Assembly: GCA_902624075.1 (NCBI GenBank)
Contig: CACNWC010000003.1
Span: 31,819-95,818, forward strand
Reading direction: 5' to 3'
DNA from: an uncultured Pelagibacteraceae bacterium
GTDB taxonomy: Bacteria; Pseudomonadota; Alphaproteobacteria; Pelagibacterales; Pelagibacteraceae
DNA length: 64,000 bases
Part shown: one piece after another, positions 21,749-32,531 of the stretch
How the letters are laid out: every line of letters starts with the position of its first letter
How positions within the stretch are numbered: position 1 is the first letter of the stretch
Made by a program: the position numbers and the translations under genes
The notes under the pieces: generated by a model
Database searches by the model: none
What the model was told of the DNA's origin: nothing
Seen by the model: the letters and a program-made list of their open reading frames with translations, nothing else

Positions 21749-22312
21749 ATGAAAAACGAAGCAACATTGCAAAATTTAAGTGATTTTGAGAATAAGTCAC
21801 TACTAATAGTTGATGATGACAATCCTTTTAGAGAGAGATTGGCGAGAGCAATGGAAAAAAAGGGTTTCCAGGTTATTCAAGCTGAAGGTGTAAAAAAAGG
21901 CATCGAATCAGTGAAAGTTAAAAAACCAGGTTTTGCAGTTGTAGACTTAAGACTGGGTGACGGCAATGGTTTAGAGGTTGTAAAAGAAATACAGCAAAAT
22001 AATTCTTCAAGTAGAATAATTATGTTAACAGGATATGGAAATATACCTACTGCAGTAGCGGCTATAAAAGAGGGAGCAATAGATTATTTAGCGAAACCAG
22101 CTGATGCGGATGATGTTGAAAAAGCATTATTGGCTGACCCCTCAAAAAAACCAGCTCCACCAGAAAATCCTATGTCAGCAGATCGTGTAAAGTGGGAACA
22201 CATACATAGAGTTTTTGAATTATGTAACAGAAATGTTTCTGAGACTGCGAGAAGATTAAAAATGCACAGAAGAACCTTACAAAGAATTCTTTCTAAAAGA
22301 TCTCCTAAATAA
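21749..22312 (+). CDS. regA: Redox response regulator RegA/PrrA/ActR
   Basis: Receiver domain plus PPENPMSADRVKWEHIHRVFELCNRNVSETARRLKMHRRTLQRILSKRSP. ATG at 21749 is the likely start. Confidence 0.95.
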   Translation: MKNEATLQNLSDFENKSLLIVDDDNPFRERLARAMEKKGFQVIQAEGVKKGIESVKVKKPGFAVVDLRLGDGNGLEVVKEIQQNNSSSRIIMLTGYGNIPTAVAAIKEGAIDYLAKPADADDVEKALLADPSKKPAPPENPMSADRVKWEHIHRVFELCNRNVSETARRLKMHRRTLQRILSKRSPK

Positions 22313-22856
22313 ACTTTCTTAATTTATATATTTTTTTAGCTAGGATCGTTAGCAACATAATCTTGAAAGTTTCGGCTAGTAAAAATGGCATTACACCTAA
22401 TTCAAAAATTGGTTTATCCCAACCTATTAGTGTTCCAAGCCATAATACACCTAAAAAATAAATTGTTGAGACTGATAAAACTAGTTTTGCAAAAATTATG
22501 AAATAATTATCATCCTCTTTAACAAAGGAAGCCAGAAAACTTGCAGTTATAAATCCAACAAGATAACCCATCGTTGGTCCCAAAAAATACACTAAGCCTA
22601 TACCTCTTTCTGGTGAATTAGAGAAAACTGGTAAACCAAATATACCTTCTAATAAATACAAACAGACTGTTCCAATTGCAATTTTATAACCAAAACTTAT
22701 TCCAAAAAAAAGGACCACAAATGTCTGCATTGTCATTGGCACCGGATAAAACGGTATTTTTACTTTTGCAGAAATTGTAAGAATTAAGGAACCTAAAAAA
22801 ATAACAATTAATGACTTTAATAATTGAGATTGAGAATTTTGCTTTATTAGTTCCAT
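22305..22856 (-). CDS. bioY: Biotin transporter BioY
   Basis: PVPMTMQT, GLPVFS, GPTMGYLVGF, GVMPFL. Confidence 0.92.
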   Translation of the reverse strand: MELIKQNSQSQLLKSLIVIFLGSLILTISAKVKIPFYPVPMTMQTFVVLFFGISFGYKIAIGTVCLYLLEGIFGLPVFSNSPERGIGLVYFLGPTMGYLVGFITASFLASFVKEDDNYFIIFAKLVLSVSTIYFLGVLWLGTLIGWDKPIFELGVMPFLLAETFKIMLLTILAKKIYKLRKFI

Positions 22857-22902
22857 AAAAGATAATACTCTTATTTTTATTGATAATCTATACTAATTTA
22901 AA

Positions 22903-25686
22903 ATGAGTAAAAATCAAAAGACTGATCATTATTATCTAATTGATGGTTCTGGGTATATATTTAGAGCCTATTATGCCTTGCCTCCACTAACAAGAAAAAG
23001 TGATGGATTACCTACTGGAGCTGTTAGCGGCTTTTGCAGTATGCTATTCAAACTTCTCGAAGATTCAAAGTCTAATAAAAATTTACAAAAACCGTCTCAT
23101 TTTGCAGTAATCTTTGACTCAGCTAGAAAAACATTTAGAAACGAAATATATAAAGATTATAAGGCTAATCGAGCAGAGGCTCCTGATGATTTAGCACCTC
23201 AATTTGATTATATCAGAAAGTCGGTTTTAGCATTTAATTTACCTTCAGTTGATCTTATCAACTATGAAGCAGATGATTTAATAGCGACTTATGTAAATCA
23301 AATTCTGAAAATAGGAGCAAAAGTAACAATTGTATCATCAGATAAAGATTTGATGCAATTATATAAGAAGGACGTTCGAATTTTTGATCCAATGAAGAAT
23401 AAGTTTATAACAGAAGAAGATGTAAAAAAAAAATTTGGAGTTGATTCCTCAAAAGTAATTGATGTTCAGGCTTTGGCTGGAGATAGTAGCGACAATGTAC
23501 CTGGGGTGCCGGGAATTGGAGTTAAAACAGCAGCAGAACTTATAAATAAATATGGAAATTTAGAAACTCTTTTAAAATCTGCGAATGAAATAAAACAAAA
23601 TAAAAGACGAGAAACACTTATTGAAAATAAAGATAAAGCAATAATTAGTAAAAAATTAGTCACCTTGAAACATGATGCTCCAGTAGACAGGAAATTAAGT
23701 GAATTTGAGTTAAAAGAAATTAATAAAGATAAGCTTTATAAATTTTTAAGAGAAATGGAGTTTAACAGATTATTAAGTTCTGCAATTTCTGCATATGGTG
23801 AACCTGAGTTAACAGGTGTTAACGATGTTGATGCATCATTAAAACATGAAGAAAAATTTACAACAATAAGTAACAAAAACTATCAATTAATTACTAATCT
23901 CGATCAGATAGATGATTGGATAAAAGAAGCAGAGGAAGTAGGCGAAGTTGCCGTAGATACAGAAACAACATCATTAGATCCACACCAGACAAACTTGGTT
24001 GGAATTTCACTTTGTTCAAAAGTTGGTAAGGCCTGCTACATACCAGTTGGTCATAATTCATCTAAATCGATCGATAAAGATATCGTAATAAAAAAATTAA
24101 AAAAATTATTAGAGGATTCAAGTGTTAAAAAAATAGGGCAAAATATTAAATTTGATTTTATTGTTTTTTATAAACATGGAATAACTTTATCCTCAATGGA
24201 AGACACAATGTTAATGTCCTATGTTTTAGATGCTGGAAAAAATAGACACAACATGGATACATTATCTGATATTCATTTAGGTCATAAAACAATTTCATTT
24301 AAAGAAGTTGTAGGAACTGGAAAAAAAGAAATCAATTTTAGTGAAGTAGAGCTGGATCGTGCAAAAGATTATGCTGCTGAAGATGCTGATATTACTCTCA
24401 GATTATATAAAAAATTTTATAAAAGCCTTAAAAACGAGAAGATGATTAATATTTATGAAGTTTTTGAAAAACCAATGATAAAAATATTAGCTAAAATGGA
24501 GATAGAAGGTATTAAAATTGATAATGAATTTCTTAAAGTTTTATCTTCAAAATTTAAAAAAAAAATAGAAAAAATACAAAAAGAAGTTTTTAAAATATCA
24601 AAAAAAAATTTTAATATTGCTTCTCCAAAACAGCTTGGAGAAATCTTATATAATGATCTTAAAATAGCAGATCTTAAAAAAACCAAAAAAGGAAGTTTTG
24701 CAACAAGTGCGTCTGTCTTAGAAGATCTTGCTTTTAAAGGACATAAATTTCCACAATTGGTTTTGGATTGGAGACAAATTTCAAAATTAAAAAATACTTA
24801 TTCAGATACTTTACCTGAGCACATTAATTCCCTAACCAAAAGAGTTCATACATCCTTTTTATTAGCTGCTACTAACACTGGGAGATTGGCTTCAAGTGAT
24901 CCAAATTTACAAAATATTCCTATAAAGTCGGATGATGGAAAAGATATAAGAAAAGCTTTTATAGCAAAAAAGGATTATGTTTTAATCTCTGCAGATTACA
25001 ATCAAATTGAAATGAGAATCCTTGCAGATATTGCTGATGTTAAAGAATTAAAAAAAGCTTTTAAAAATAATGAAGATATACATTCACTTACTGCCAGCCA
25101 GATATTTAATGTTGATATTAAAAAAGTAAATCAAGATCAAAGAAGAAAAGCAAAAGCTATTAATTTTGGAATTATTTATGGAATTTCACAATATGGATTA
25201 GCAAAACAAATAAATGTATCCAATCATGAGGCAGAAGAATTTTTAAATGCTTATTTTTATAAATTTCCAGAAATAAAAATTTACATGGATAAAACAATCA
25301 AATTTTGCAGAAAAAGTGGTTATGTGAATAACATTTTTGGAAGGAGATCCCATTTTTTAAATATTAATGACAAAAACTATAATGTCAGAAATTTTCAAGA
25401 ACGGGCAGCAATCAATGCTCCTATTCAAGGTTCTGCATCAGAAATTATGAGATTAGCAATGATTAGATTAGAAAAAAAATTGAGTGAGCAGAAAAATAAA
25501 AAAACAAAAATGTTATTACAAATTCATGATGAATTAATCTTTGAAACCCCAAAAGAAGAGGCAAAAAGAATCAGTAAGTTAATAGTTGATGAAATGTCTA
25601 GCGTGGTTAAAAGTGACCAACATTCCTTTTCAATACCTTTGACAGTAGATATTAATACAGGTGATAATTGGGGGGCTTTACATTAA
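22903..25686 (+). CDS. polA: DNA polymerase I
   Basis: 5'-3' exonuclease LIDGSGYIFRAYY, 3'-5' exonuclease DTETT, polymerase motifs SADYNQIEMR, KAINFGIIYG, QIHDEL. Confidence 0.98.
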   Translation: MSKNQKTDHYYLIDGSGYIFRAYYALPPLTRKSDGLPTGAVSGFCSMLFKLLEDSKSNKNLQKPSHFAVIFDSARKTFRNEIYKDYKANRAEAPDDLAPQFDYIRKSVLAFNLPSVDLINYEADDLIATYVNQILKIGAKVTIVSSDKDLMQLYKKDVRIFDPMKNKFITEEDVKKKFGVDSSKVIDVQALAGDSSDNVPGVPGIGVKTAAELINKYGNLETLLKSANEIKQNKRRETLIENKDKAIISKKLVTLKHDAPVDRKLSEFELKEINKDKLYKFLREMEFNRLLSSAISAYGEPELTGVNDVDASLKHEEKFTTISNKNYQLITNLDQIDDWIKEAEEVGEVAVDTETTSLDPHQTNLVGISLCSKVGKACYIPVGHNSSKSIDKDIVIKKLKKLLEDSSVKKIGQNIKFDFIVFYKHGITLSSMEDTMLMSYVLDAGKNRHNMDTLSDIHLGHKTISFKEVVGTGKKEINFSEVELDRAKDYAAEDADITLRLYKKFYKSLKNEKMINIYEVFEKPMIKILAKMEIEGIKIDNEFLKVLSSKFKKKIEKIQKEVFKISKKNFNIASPKQLGEILYNDLKIADLKKTKKGSFATSASVLEDLAFKGHKFPQLVLDWRQISKLKNTYSDTLPEHINSLTKRVHTSFLLAATNTGRLASSDPNLQNIPIKSDDGKDIRKAFIAKKDYVLISADYNQIEMRILADIADVKELKKAFKNNEDIHSLTASQIFNVDIKKVNQDQRRKAKAINFGIIYGISQYGLAKQINVSNHEAEEFLNAYFYKFPEIKIYMDKTIKFCRKSGYVNNIFGRRSHFLNINDKNYNVRNFQERAAINAPIQGSASEIMRLAMIRLEKKLSEQKNKKTKMLLQIHDELIFETPKEEAKRISKLIVDEMSSVVKSDQHSFSIPLTVDINTGDNWGALH

Positions 25687-25738
25687 TTTAAATAATATTG
25701 CCCAAATTAGAACAATTTAGTATTTTTATATTTAAAGT

Positions 25739-26446
25739 ATGCATAAACAAACAATTGCTCTCGTGGATGATGATAGAAATATCCTTACAAGCTTGAGTAT
25801 TGCATTGGAAAAAGAGGGTTTTAAAGTCCAAACTTATATTGATGGAGAAAGTGCATTAATCGGTTTAACAAGAACCCCACCAGATTTAGCAATAATTGAT
25901 ATAAAAATGCCTAAAATGGATGGAGAGGAATTGCTTAAAAAATTAAGAAAAAAAACTTCTTTACCTGTGATATTTTTAACATCAAAAGATGATGAAATTG
26001 ATGAACTGTTAGGTTTAAAATTAGGTGCTGATGATTTTGTTAAAAAATCTGGAGGTTTTTCAATTAAAGTATTAATTGAGAGAATAAGAGTTCAATTGAG
26101 AAAGAAAGATTCAAAAGAAATTTTAGAGGAAAACAAAAGTATTATTTCTCACGGCAAGTTGAAATTAGATCCTTCACAATTAGAATGTGAATGGGACGGA
26201 AAACAATTGCCAGATAAGTTGACTACTACCGAATTTTTATTGGTTAAGGAATTGGCCAAAAGACCTGGTATAATAAAAGAGAGAGCACAATTAATGGATA
26301 TAGCTTACAGAGAAGATACTGATATAGAAGACAGAACAATAGATAGCCATGTCAAAAGAATAAGAAAAAAATTTAAAAAGATTGATCCTGAATTTTCAGC
26401 TATAGAGACGAGGTACGGAAGTGGATATCGGTGGAATGTTAGTTGA
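25739..26446 (+). CDS. chvI: OmpR-family response regulator ChvI
   Basis: IALVDDDRNILTS, DIKMPKMDG, DRTIDSHVKRIRKKFK. Confidence 0.93.
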   Translation: MHKQTIALVDDDRNILTSLSIALEKEGFKVQTYIDGESALIGLTRTPPDLAIIDIKMPKMDGEELLKKLRKKTSLPVIFLTSKDDEIDELLGLKLGADDFVKKSGGFSIKVLIERIRVQLRKKDSKEILEENKSIISHGKLKLDPSQLECEWDGKQLPDKLTTTEFLLVKELAKRPGIIKERAQLMDIAYREDTDIEDRTIDSHVKRIRKKFKKIDPEFSAIETRYGSGYRWNVS

Positions 26447-27987
26447 TGTTTAGCCGACTTTTAAAAAATTTATCCATTTTAAAAAAATTTTTATTTATCA
26501 ATTTTATTTTTTTTTCTATAATAAGTCTATTTACTTATATTTACTTAGAAAATGTTCAGCCAAATTTAATAAAAAAAAAATCTTCAAATCATATAGAAGT
26601 AATAAATAATACTATTGATAATTTAACCAGATTAAACATTAGATTTGTTGAAGAAGATATCAGAAAGTTTTTATTTTCTACAAGATTCCTTTTTCAAAAT
26701 TTGGATAGAGTAATTTTTTTTGACAATCAGTTAAATTTAGTTGGAGATACAGATACACTAGATTTAGACCCAAGATCTTTCTCTAAAAGGTTAGATACTG
26801 TTGAATTAGAAATACTTAATGAAGAAAAGACAAAAGATATTGTGGAAAAAAAAAATATCGATGTAGGAAATAAAAATACAGTTTCATTAAAAGACATTTT
26901 ATTTAATTACGCAGGTTCAAAAAATTTTGGAATTCCTTATACCTTTACTCAAGATGAATTTAAAAAGTTTTATTTAACCACAATAAAAAATGTTATGTTA
27001 GATGGTGAAAATATTGGCTATCTAGCTATTACTGAAAATGCAAATGATATTAAGGCTGCGATAGAGGAAAGAAAAACTTTTATTATAAGAACTGCTCTAG
27101 CAGTAGGGTTAGTAATCATTATTTTTTCCTTTGTATTAAACAAATATTTTTTAAAACCAATTAAAAATTTAGTAATTTATACAAAAACAATTAAAAATAA
27201 AAATGCTAAAGCCTCAAATATTGAAAGTTTGAAGTTAAGAAATGATGAACTTGGTTTACTGTCAAATTCTTTAGATGATATGACTTTAGAACTTCAAAAA
27301 AGAATTTCACATGCAGAAAATTTTTCAACAGATTTAGTTCATGAAATAAGGAACCCACTTGCCTCATTAAAAAGTGCCTCTGAAATTTTGCATGATACTA
27401 CTGATATTAATCAAAGAGAAAAATTAATAGAAATTTTGAGCCATGACGTGCAAAGAATTGAAAGATTAATTACAGATTATTCTCAAATATTAAAAGATGA
27501 AGTTGCATTAAGTAAAGAAAAAGTAAAAAAATTAGATATCGAACCTATCATCAAATCAGTTGTAGATGATTTCAATAATATTTATAAGTTAAAAAGAGGT
27601 ATTAAAATTTCTTACCTCAATGATGGAAAAAAAAAATATTATATTAATGGTATTGAGAATAGAATCGAGCAAATAATTGCAAATCTTTTAGATAACGCAA
27701 TTTCCTTTAGTGATAATAATAAAGTTGTAACTGTAAAAGTTTCAAAATCAAAAAATGATAGAATTCAAATAAATGTTTTGGATGAAGGTGAAGGTTTTAA
27801 AGAGAAAGATACGAATAAAATATTTAATAGATTTTATAGTAATAGACCTGACAGATTTGGTCAACATTCAGGACTTGGTTTAAATATTGTTAAAAATTTA
27901 GTTGATTTACATAATGGTACAATTAAAGCTTCTAATCGCTTAGACCAAAAGGGCGCAAGTATGGAAATAACATTTCCAAATGCTTAA
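26446..27987 (+). CDS. chvG: Sensor histidine kinase ChvG
   Basis: Two TM segments, HAMP, DLVHEIRNPLASL, NLLDNAISFS, FYSNRP, HSGLGL; follows chvI. Confidence 0.9.
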   Translation: MFSRLLKNLSILKKFLFINFIFFSIISLFTYIYLENVQPNLIKKKSSNHIEVINNTIDNLTRLNIRFVEEDIRKFLFSTRFLFQNLDRVIFFDNQLNLVGDTDTLDLDPRSFSKRLDTVELEILNEEKTKDIVEKKNIDVGNKNTVSLKDILFNYAGSKNFGIPYTFTQDEFKKFYLTTIKNVMLDGENIGYLAITENANDIKAAIEERKTFIIRTALAVGLVIIIFSFVLNKYFLKPIKNLVIYTKTIKNKNAKASNIESLKLRNDELGLLSNSLDDMTLELQKRISHAENFSTDLVHEIRNPLASLKSASEILHDTTDINQREKLIEILSHDVQRIERLITDYSQILKDEVALSKEKVKKLDIEPIIKSVVDDFNNIYKLKRGIKISYLNDGKKKYYINGIENRIEQIIANLLDNAISFSDNNKVVTVKVSKSKNDRIQINVLDEGEGFKEKDTNKIFNRFYSNRPDRFGQHSGLGLNIVKNLVDLHNGTIKASNRLDQKGASMEITFPNA

Positions 27988-27994
27988 AGTTTTA

Positions 27995-28023
27995 TTGATT
28001 AATTTAAACTTTGTTGTTAGAAA
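27995..28023 (+). promoter_or_regulatory. Putative promoter giving a leaderless ahcY mRNA
   Basis: TTGATT-N17-TAGAAA, then 6 nt, then the ATG. Confidence 0.5.
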
Positions 28024-28029
28024 ACTCCG

Positions 28030-29316
28030 ATGGAAGATTTTAAAGTAAAAGACATAACACAAGCTGAATTTGGTAGAAAAGAAATCTCAATAGCAGAGAG
28101 CGAAATGCCAGGTTTGATGGCATTAAGAGATGAATATTCGGGAAAATTTCCTTTAAAAGGAGCAAAAATAATTGGTTGTTTACATATGACAATTCAAACA
28201 GCTGTTCTTATTGAAACGTTGGTAAATTTAGGAGCGGATGTTAGATGGTCATCTTGTAATATATTTTCAACTCAAGATCACGCAGCAGCTGCAATAGCAA
28301 AAGCTGGTATTCCCGTGTATGCCTGGAAAGGCGAGACAGAGGAAGAGTATATTTGGTGTATTAAACAGACAATTGAGGGAAAAAAAGGTTGGAAACCTAA
28401 TATGCTTTTAGATGATGGTGGTGATCTTACTGCTATGATGCATAAAGAATATAAAGAACTGCTTAAAGATGTTAGAGGTGTTTCTGAAGAAACAACAACA
28501 GGAATTAAAGCTTTAAATAAAATGGAAAAAGATAAATCTCTTCTTGTTCCAGCAATAAATGTAAATGATTCAGTTACTAAATCAAAATTTGACAATTTAT
28601 ATGGATGTAGAGAAAGTTTAGTTGATGGTATTAGAAGAGCAACCGATGTAATGATGTCTGGAAAAATTGCAATTGTTGCAGGTTTTGGAGACGTTGGTAA
28701 AGGAAGTGCTGCTTCTTTAAGACAAAGTGGTGCTAGAGTTTTAGTAACAGAAGCCGATCCAATTTGTGCATTACAAGCTTCAATGGAAGGATACGAAGTG
28801 GTATTAATGGAAGAAGCGATTAGTAAGGCCGATATAGTTGTTACTGCTACTGGAAATAAGGATATTGTTACTGCTGATCACATGAGAGAAATGAAAGATA
28901 GGGCTATTTTGTGTAATATTGGACATTTTGATAATGAAATACAAGTTGAAGCATTAAAGAATTATAAATGGACTGAAGTAAAACCTCAAGTTCACGAAAT
29001 TGAATTACCAAGTAAAAAAAGAATCATTTTGTTAGCAGAAGGAAGATTAGTTAATTTAGGTTGTGCAACAGGCCATCCAAGTTTTGTAATGAGTGCGTCT
29101 TTTACAAATCAAGTTATAGCTCAAATAGAACTCTGGAATAACCACAAAAATTATGGAAATAAAGTTTATGTTCTACCAAAACATTTAGATGAAAAAGTAG
29201 CAATGTTACATTTAAAAAAAGTAGGAGCGAAATTAACTAAATTATCAAAAGAACAAGCGGACTATATCAGTGTTGGAGTAGAAGGTCCTTTTAAACCTAA
29301 TGCCTATCGCTATTAG
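28030..29316 (+). CDS. ahcY: Adenosylhomocysteinase
   Basis: [42 protein letters not shown]. Confidence 0.98.
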   Translation: MEDFKVKDITQAEFGRKEISIAESEMPGLMALRDEYSGKFPLKGAKIIGCLHMTIQTAVLIETLVNLGADVRWSSCNIFSTQDHAAAAIAKAGIPVYAWKGETEEEYIWCIKQTIEGKKGWKPNMLLDDGGDLTAMMHKEYKELLKDVRGVSEETTTGIKALNKMEKDKSLLVPAINVNDSVTKSKFDNLYGCRESLVDGIRRATDVMMSGKIAIVAGFGDVGKGSAASLRQSGARVLVTEADPICALQASMEGYEVVLMEEAISKADIVVTATGNKDIVTADHMREMKDRAILCNIGHFDNEIQVEALKNYKWTEVKPQVHEIELPSKKRIILLAEGRLVNLGCATGHPSFVMSASFTNQVIAQIELWNNHKNYGNKVYVLPKHLDEKVAMLHLKKVGAKLTKLSKEQADYISVGVEGPFKPNAYRY

Positions 29317-29755
29317 TAGTGGTAAAATAAATTTATCCTCAGAAAAAAGAACAGAAGAATTAGCATTTAAATTTTTTAAAGAGCTAAAACTTGGGTATGT
29401 AGTTTTTTTATATGGAGAAATGGGCGTAGGGAAAACTACTTTTGTACGTTATTTAATCAATAAATTTCAAACAAATGATAAATTAAAAATAACGGAGGTT
29501 ACTAGTCCAACTTTTAATTTACTAAATCAATATCAACTTAATGAATTTGAAATAAATCATTATGATTTATTTAGAGTCAAGTCAATTGAAGAGATAAAAA
29601 ATTTAGATTTATTTGAGAATATTAGTAATTCAATTACATTGATAGAATGGCCAGAAATAATTAAAAAAAAGCCAAAAAATTTGATAGAATTAACTTTTGA
29701 ATATGAAAAAGATCATCAAACACGATCTGTACAAATCAAAGGTTTAAATCTGTAA
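29300..29755 (+). CDS. tsaE: tRNA t6A biosynthesis ATPase TsaE
   Basis: [29 protein letters not shown]. Confidence 0.93.
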   Translation: MPIAISSGKINLSSEKRTEELAFKFFKELKLGYVVFLYGEMGVGKTTFVRYLINKFQTNDKLKITEVTSPTFNLLNQYQLNEFEINHYDLFRVKSIEEIKNLDLFENISNSITLIEWPEIIKKKPKNLIELTFEYEKDHQTRSVQIKGLNL

Positions 29756-29762
29756 ATTTTAA

Positions 29763-30710
29763 ATGGTTTATTTAATTAAAATTAAAGGTGATGCTTCATT
29801 TAGAAAATTTTATCGAAAAAAAAATAAAAATTTTTCCACAATTCTTGTTTTTTCAAATAAAGAAAAAAATAAAAATCTTGTTATATACGATGCTATAAAT
29901 AAAATTTTAAATAAAAATAAGATTTTAGCTCCAATTTTGCTTAAGGAAAATTACAAAAAAAATTTAATTGAAATTCAAGATTTTGGGGACAAAACAATTT
30001 TTAATATTATCACAAAAAAAAATATAGATAAATTTACTTATTATAAAAAGATAATTAAAGTGTTAATTAAAATTCAATCAATACAAGATAGAAGTATTAA
30101 AAATTTTCAAAATAAGAATTATATAATTCCAAAATACTCTAGAAAAATATTATTAGACGAAGCAAATTTATTTTGTGAATGGTATGTTAATAAAAATTTA
30201 CCAAAAAGATTAAGAGTAGAATTTAGAAAAAAATTTAAAAAAATTATTATCAAATTAAGTATGGGTTTAAAATTAAAAAATGATGTTTTTGTTCACCGAG
30301 ATTTTCACGTTTCAAATTTAATGCTAGTTAATAAAAAAATAGGAGTAATTGATAGTCAGGATGCTCTTATTGGAAATAGGGCTTATGATTTGGCATCCTT
30401 AATAGATGATGTTAGAATAAATACATCTTTAGAATTGAAAAAAAAAATTTATTGGCACTACATTAGAGAGCAAAAAAAATTATCTTTAAATAAGTTTAAA
30501 AATGATTTTGAAATTTTATCGATGTTAAGAAATCTAAAAATAATTGGTATATTTACTCGTCTTGCATTAAGAGATGGAAAAAAAAGTTACTTAAAATTAA
30601 TACCTAATGCCTGGAAATTAGTACGTATTAGAATTAATCAAAATAAATCATTTAAAGATTTAAAAGATCTTTTAAATGAAAATTTTAAGCGAGAATTAAA
30701 TGAAAATTGA
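29763..30710 (+). CDS. amgK: Anomeric MurNAc/GlcNAc kinase (APH-like phosphotransferase)
   Basis: GDASFRKFYR, HRDFHVSNLM, IDSQDA, YDLASL, KIIGIFTRL; lies between tsaE and murU. Confidence 0.8.
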   Translation: MVYLIKIKGDASFRKFYRKKNKNFSTILVFSNKEKNKNLVIYDAINKILNKNKILAPILLKENYKKNLIEIQDFGDKTIFNIITKKNIDKFTYYKKIIKVLIKIQSIQDRSIKNFQNKNYIIPKYSRKILLDEANLFCEWYVNKNLPKRLRVEFRKKFKKIIIKLSMGLKLKNDVFVHRDFHVSNLMLVNKKIGVIDSQDALIGNRAYDLASLIDDVRINTSLELKKKIYWHYIREQKKLSLNKFKNDFEILSMLRNLKIIGIFTRLALRDGKKSYLKLIPNAWKLVRIRINQNKSFKDLKDLLNENFKRELNEN

Positions 30711-31389
30711 AACTGCTTTAATTTTATGTGCTGGGTTTGGAAATCGATTAAATCCTGTTACATTAAATACACCAAAACCTCTTTTAAAGTTAAAAGATGT
30801 CACTATCTTAGAAACCTGCATTGATTTAATTATAAAATTAGGAATTAAAAGAATTTTATTGAACACATTTCACTTAGGAAATCAAATTACCGAATTTATA
30901 CAAAATAAGAAATTTCCAATCGAGATTCAAGTTGTACAAGATGGAAATAAAATTCTTAATACAGGTGGTGGGATACTTAACATGATTAGAAATTTTCAGG
31001 ACGAAAATTTTATAATTTTTAATCCAGATACATTATGGGATCACAATTATGTAAAGGAAATAAAAAAAATGCAAAATTTATATTTTTCAAAAAAATTAAA
31101 TAATATTTTATTGTGTATTAACAAAAATTTAAGTTTTGATAAAAGTCTTAAAGGCGACTTTGAATTGATTGATGATTTGTTAAAAAAAAATGAAAATAAT
31201 AATTTCATATTTATAGGTTGTCAAATTTTGAATAGAGATTTATTTAAAAAATATAAAATATGTAATTTTTCAATTTCTGAAATTTGGACTGAATTATTAA
31301 GAAAAAATAAATTAAATGGTTTTGAAAGTTTCAATAAATTTTATCATTTAACTAATTTAGAAACTTTTAATAAACTAAAAGACTTTTAG
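30700..31389 (+). CDS. murU: MurNAc-1-phosphate uridylyltransferase-like nucleotidyltransferase
   Basis: LCAGFGNRL, TPKPLL, LNTGGG, NPD; adjacent to amgK. Confidence 0.78.
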   Translation: MKIETALILCAGFGNRLNPVTLNTPKPLLKLKDVTILETCIDLIIKLGIKRILLNTFHLGNQITEFIQNKKFPIEIQVVQDGNKILNTGGGILNMIRNFQDENFIIFNPDTLWDHNYVKEIKKMQNLYFSKKLNNILLCINKNLSFDKSLKGDFELIDDLLKKNENNNFIFIGCQILNRDLFKKYKICNFSISEIWTELLRKNKLNGFESFNKFYHLTNLETFNKLKDF

Positions 31390-32080
31390 CTCTTTTTTTA
31401 TCAAGATATTCAGAACTTTGTATTTCTAATTTTTCGTTGAGTTTAATTATTAATGGGTTACCTGTGGGTATCTCAAGATTAGAAATTTCTTTATTATCTA
31501 ATTTAAATAAATATTTGCATAAAGCTCGAATTGAGTTTCCGTGTGCTGAAATAAGTACATTATTTTTAATGAGTTTTTTTTTAACTTCTTTTTCATAAAA
31601 TTTAATTACTCTTTCGTAAGTATCTTTTAAAGACTCTGTATCAGGAAAAATTATATCTGGAATATTCTTGTATGATTTAATATTTATTGGATGGTATAAA
31701 TTATCTTTTTTTAAAGGCTCGGGTCTAATATCCCAAGATCTTCTAAATTGATGCACTTTTTCTTCACCAATTTTTTTTGCTGTTTCTACTTTATTAAGGC
31801 CAGTTAGAGAACCATAATGTCTTTCATTAAGCTGCCAAGCTTTTACGAAATTTTTATTATCATTTAAAACTTTTTGGATAATTTTAAGAGTTTTATTCGC
31901 CCTAAGTTGTACAGATGAGTAATAAAAATTAATTTCAATATTTTTATTTTTTATCAAGTTTCCTGCTTTTTCAGCCTCTAATTCACCATTTTTTGTTAAA
32001 TCAACATCTACCCATCCGGTAAATCTTTTTTCTAGATTCCAAATACTTTGACCATGTCTAACTAATATCAAATAATTCAT
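31367..32080 (-). CDS. gpmA: 2,3-bisphosphoglycerate-dependent phosphoglycerate mutase
   Basis: LVRHGQSIWN, FTGWVD, LNERHYG, RRSWD, AHGNSIRA. Confidence 0.95.
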   Translation of the reverse strand: MNYLILVRHGQSIWNLEKRFTGWVDVDLTKNGELEAEKAGNLIKNKNIEINFYYSSVQLRANKTLKIIQKVLNDNKNFVKAWQLNERHYGSLTGLNKVETAKKIGEEKVHQFRRSWDIRPEPLKKDNLYHPINIKSYKNIPDIIFPDTESLKDTYERVIKFYEKEVKKKLIKNNVLISAHGNSIRALCKYLFKLDNKEISNLEIPTGNPLIIKLNEKLEIQSSEYLDKKRAKSLLVY

Positions 32081-32120
32081 TACATTAATCTATTTTTAAT
32101 ATAAATAAAAATTACAATAT

Positions 32121-32531
32121 ATGCTTAATAAATTTTTATCATATTTAAAAATAATTTTTTATATTGCAAATTTTGTATTAATTATACTTTATATTTTTCC
32201 AGGAAGCATACTTGGGTGGTTTTTATATAACAATGCTGGATTACAGCCTCAAATAACATCTGATTTTTTAGTTTCCTCCAACCATGTTTACGCTTTTGTA
32301 TTAATTTCAATATTAGGTTATTTGTCATATGAAAAAGAAAAATTAAGATTCATTTTTATATATTTATTTTTCTTGTCTATTTTTCTAGAAATATTACATT
32401 TGATAATTCCAAACAGGGGTTTTGAATTTTCAGATTTATTTGGAAATATGTTTGGTGTATTACTTATTTATTCTTATTATAAAGTTTATATTTATTTTTT
32501 TAAGAAATTAAATGATAAAAAAAAATTATAA
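32121..32531 (+). CDS. VanZ-like small membrane protein
   Basis: Four hydrophobic segments; HVYAF, E-ILH-IIPNRGFEFSDLFGN. Confidence 0.7.
   Translation: MLNKFLSYLKIIFYIANFVLIILYIFPGSILGWFLYNNAGLQPQITSDFLVSSNHVYAFVLISILGYLSYEKEKLRFIFIYLFFLSIFLEILHLIIPNRGFEFSDLFGNMFGVLLIYSYYKVYIYFFKKLNDKKKL

Noticed and set aside
27988-28029. SAH or SAM/SAH riboswitch upstream of ahcY
   Set aside because: Only 42 nt, occupied by a promoter-like sequence, with no stem structure.
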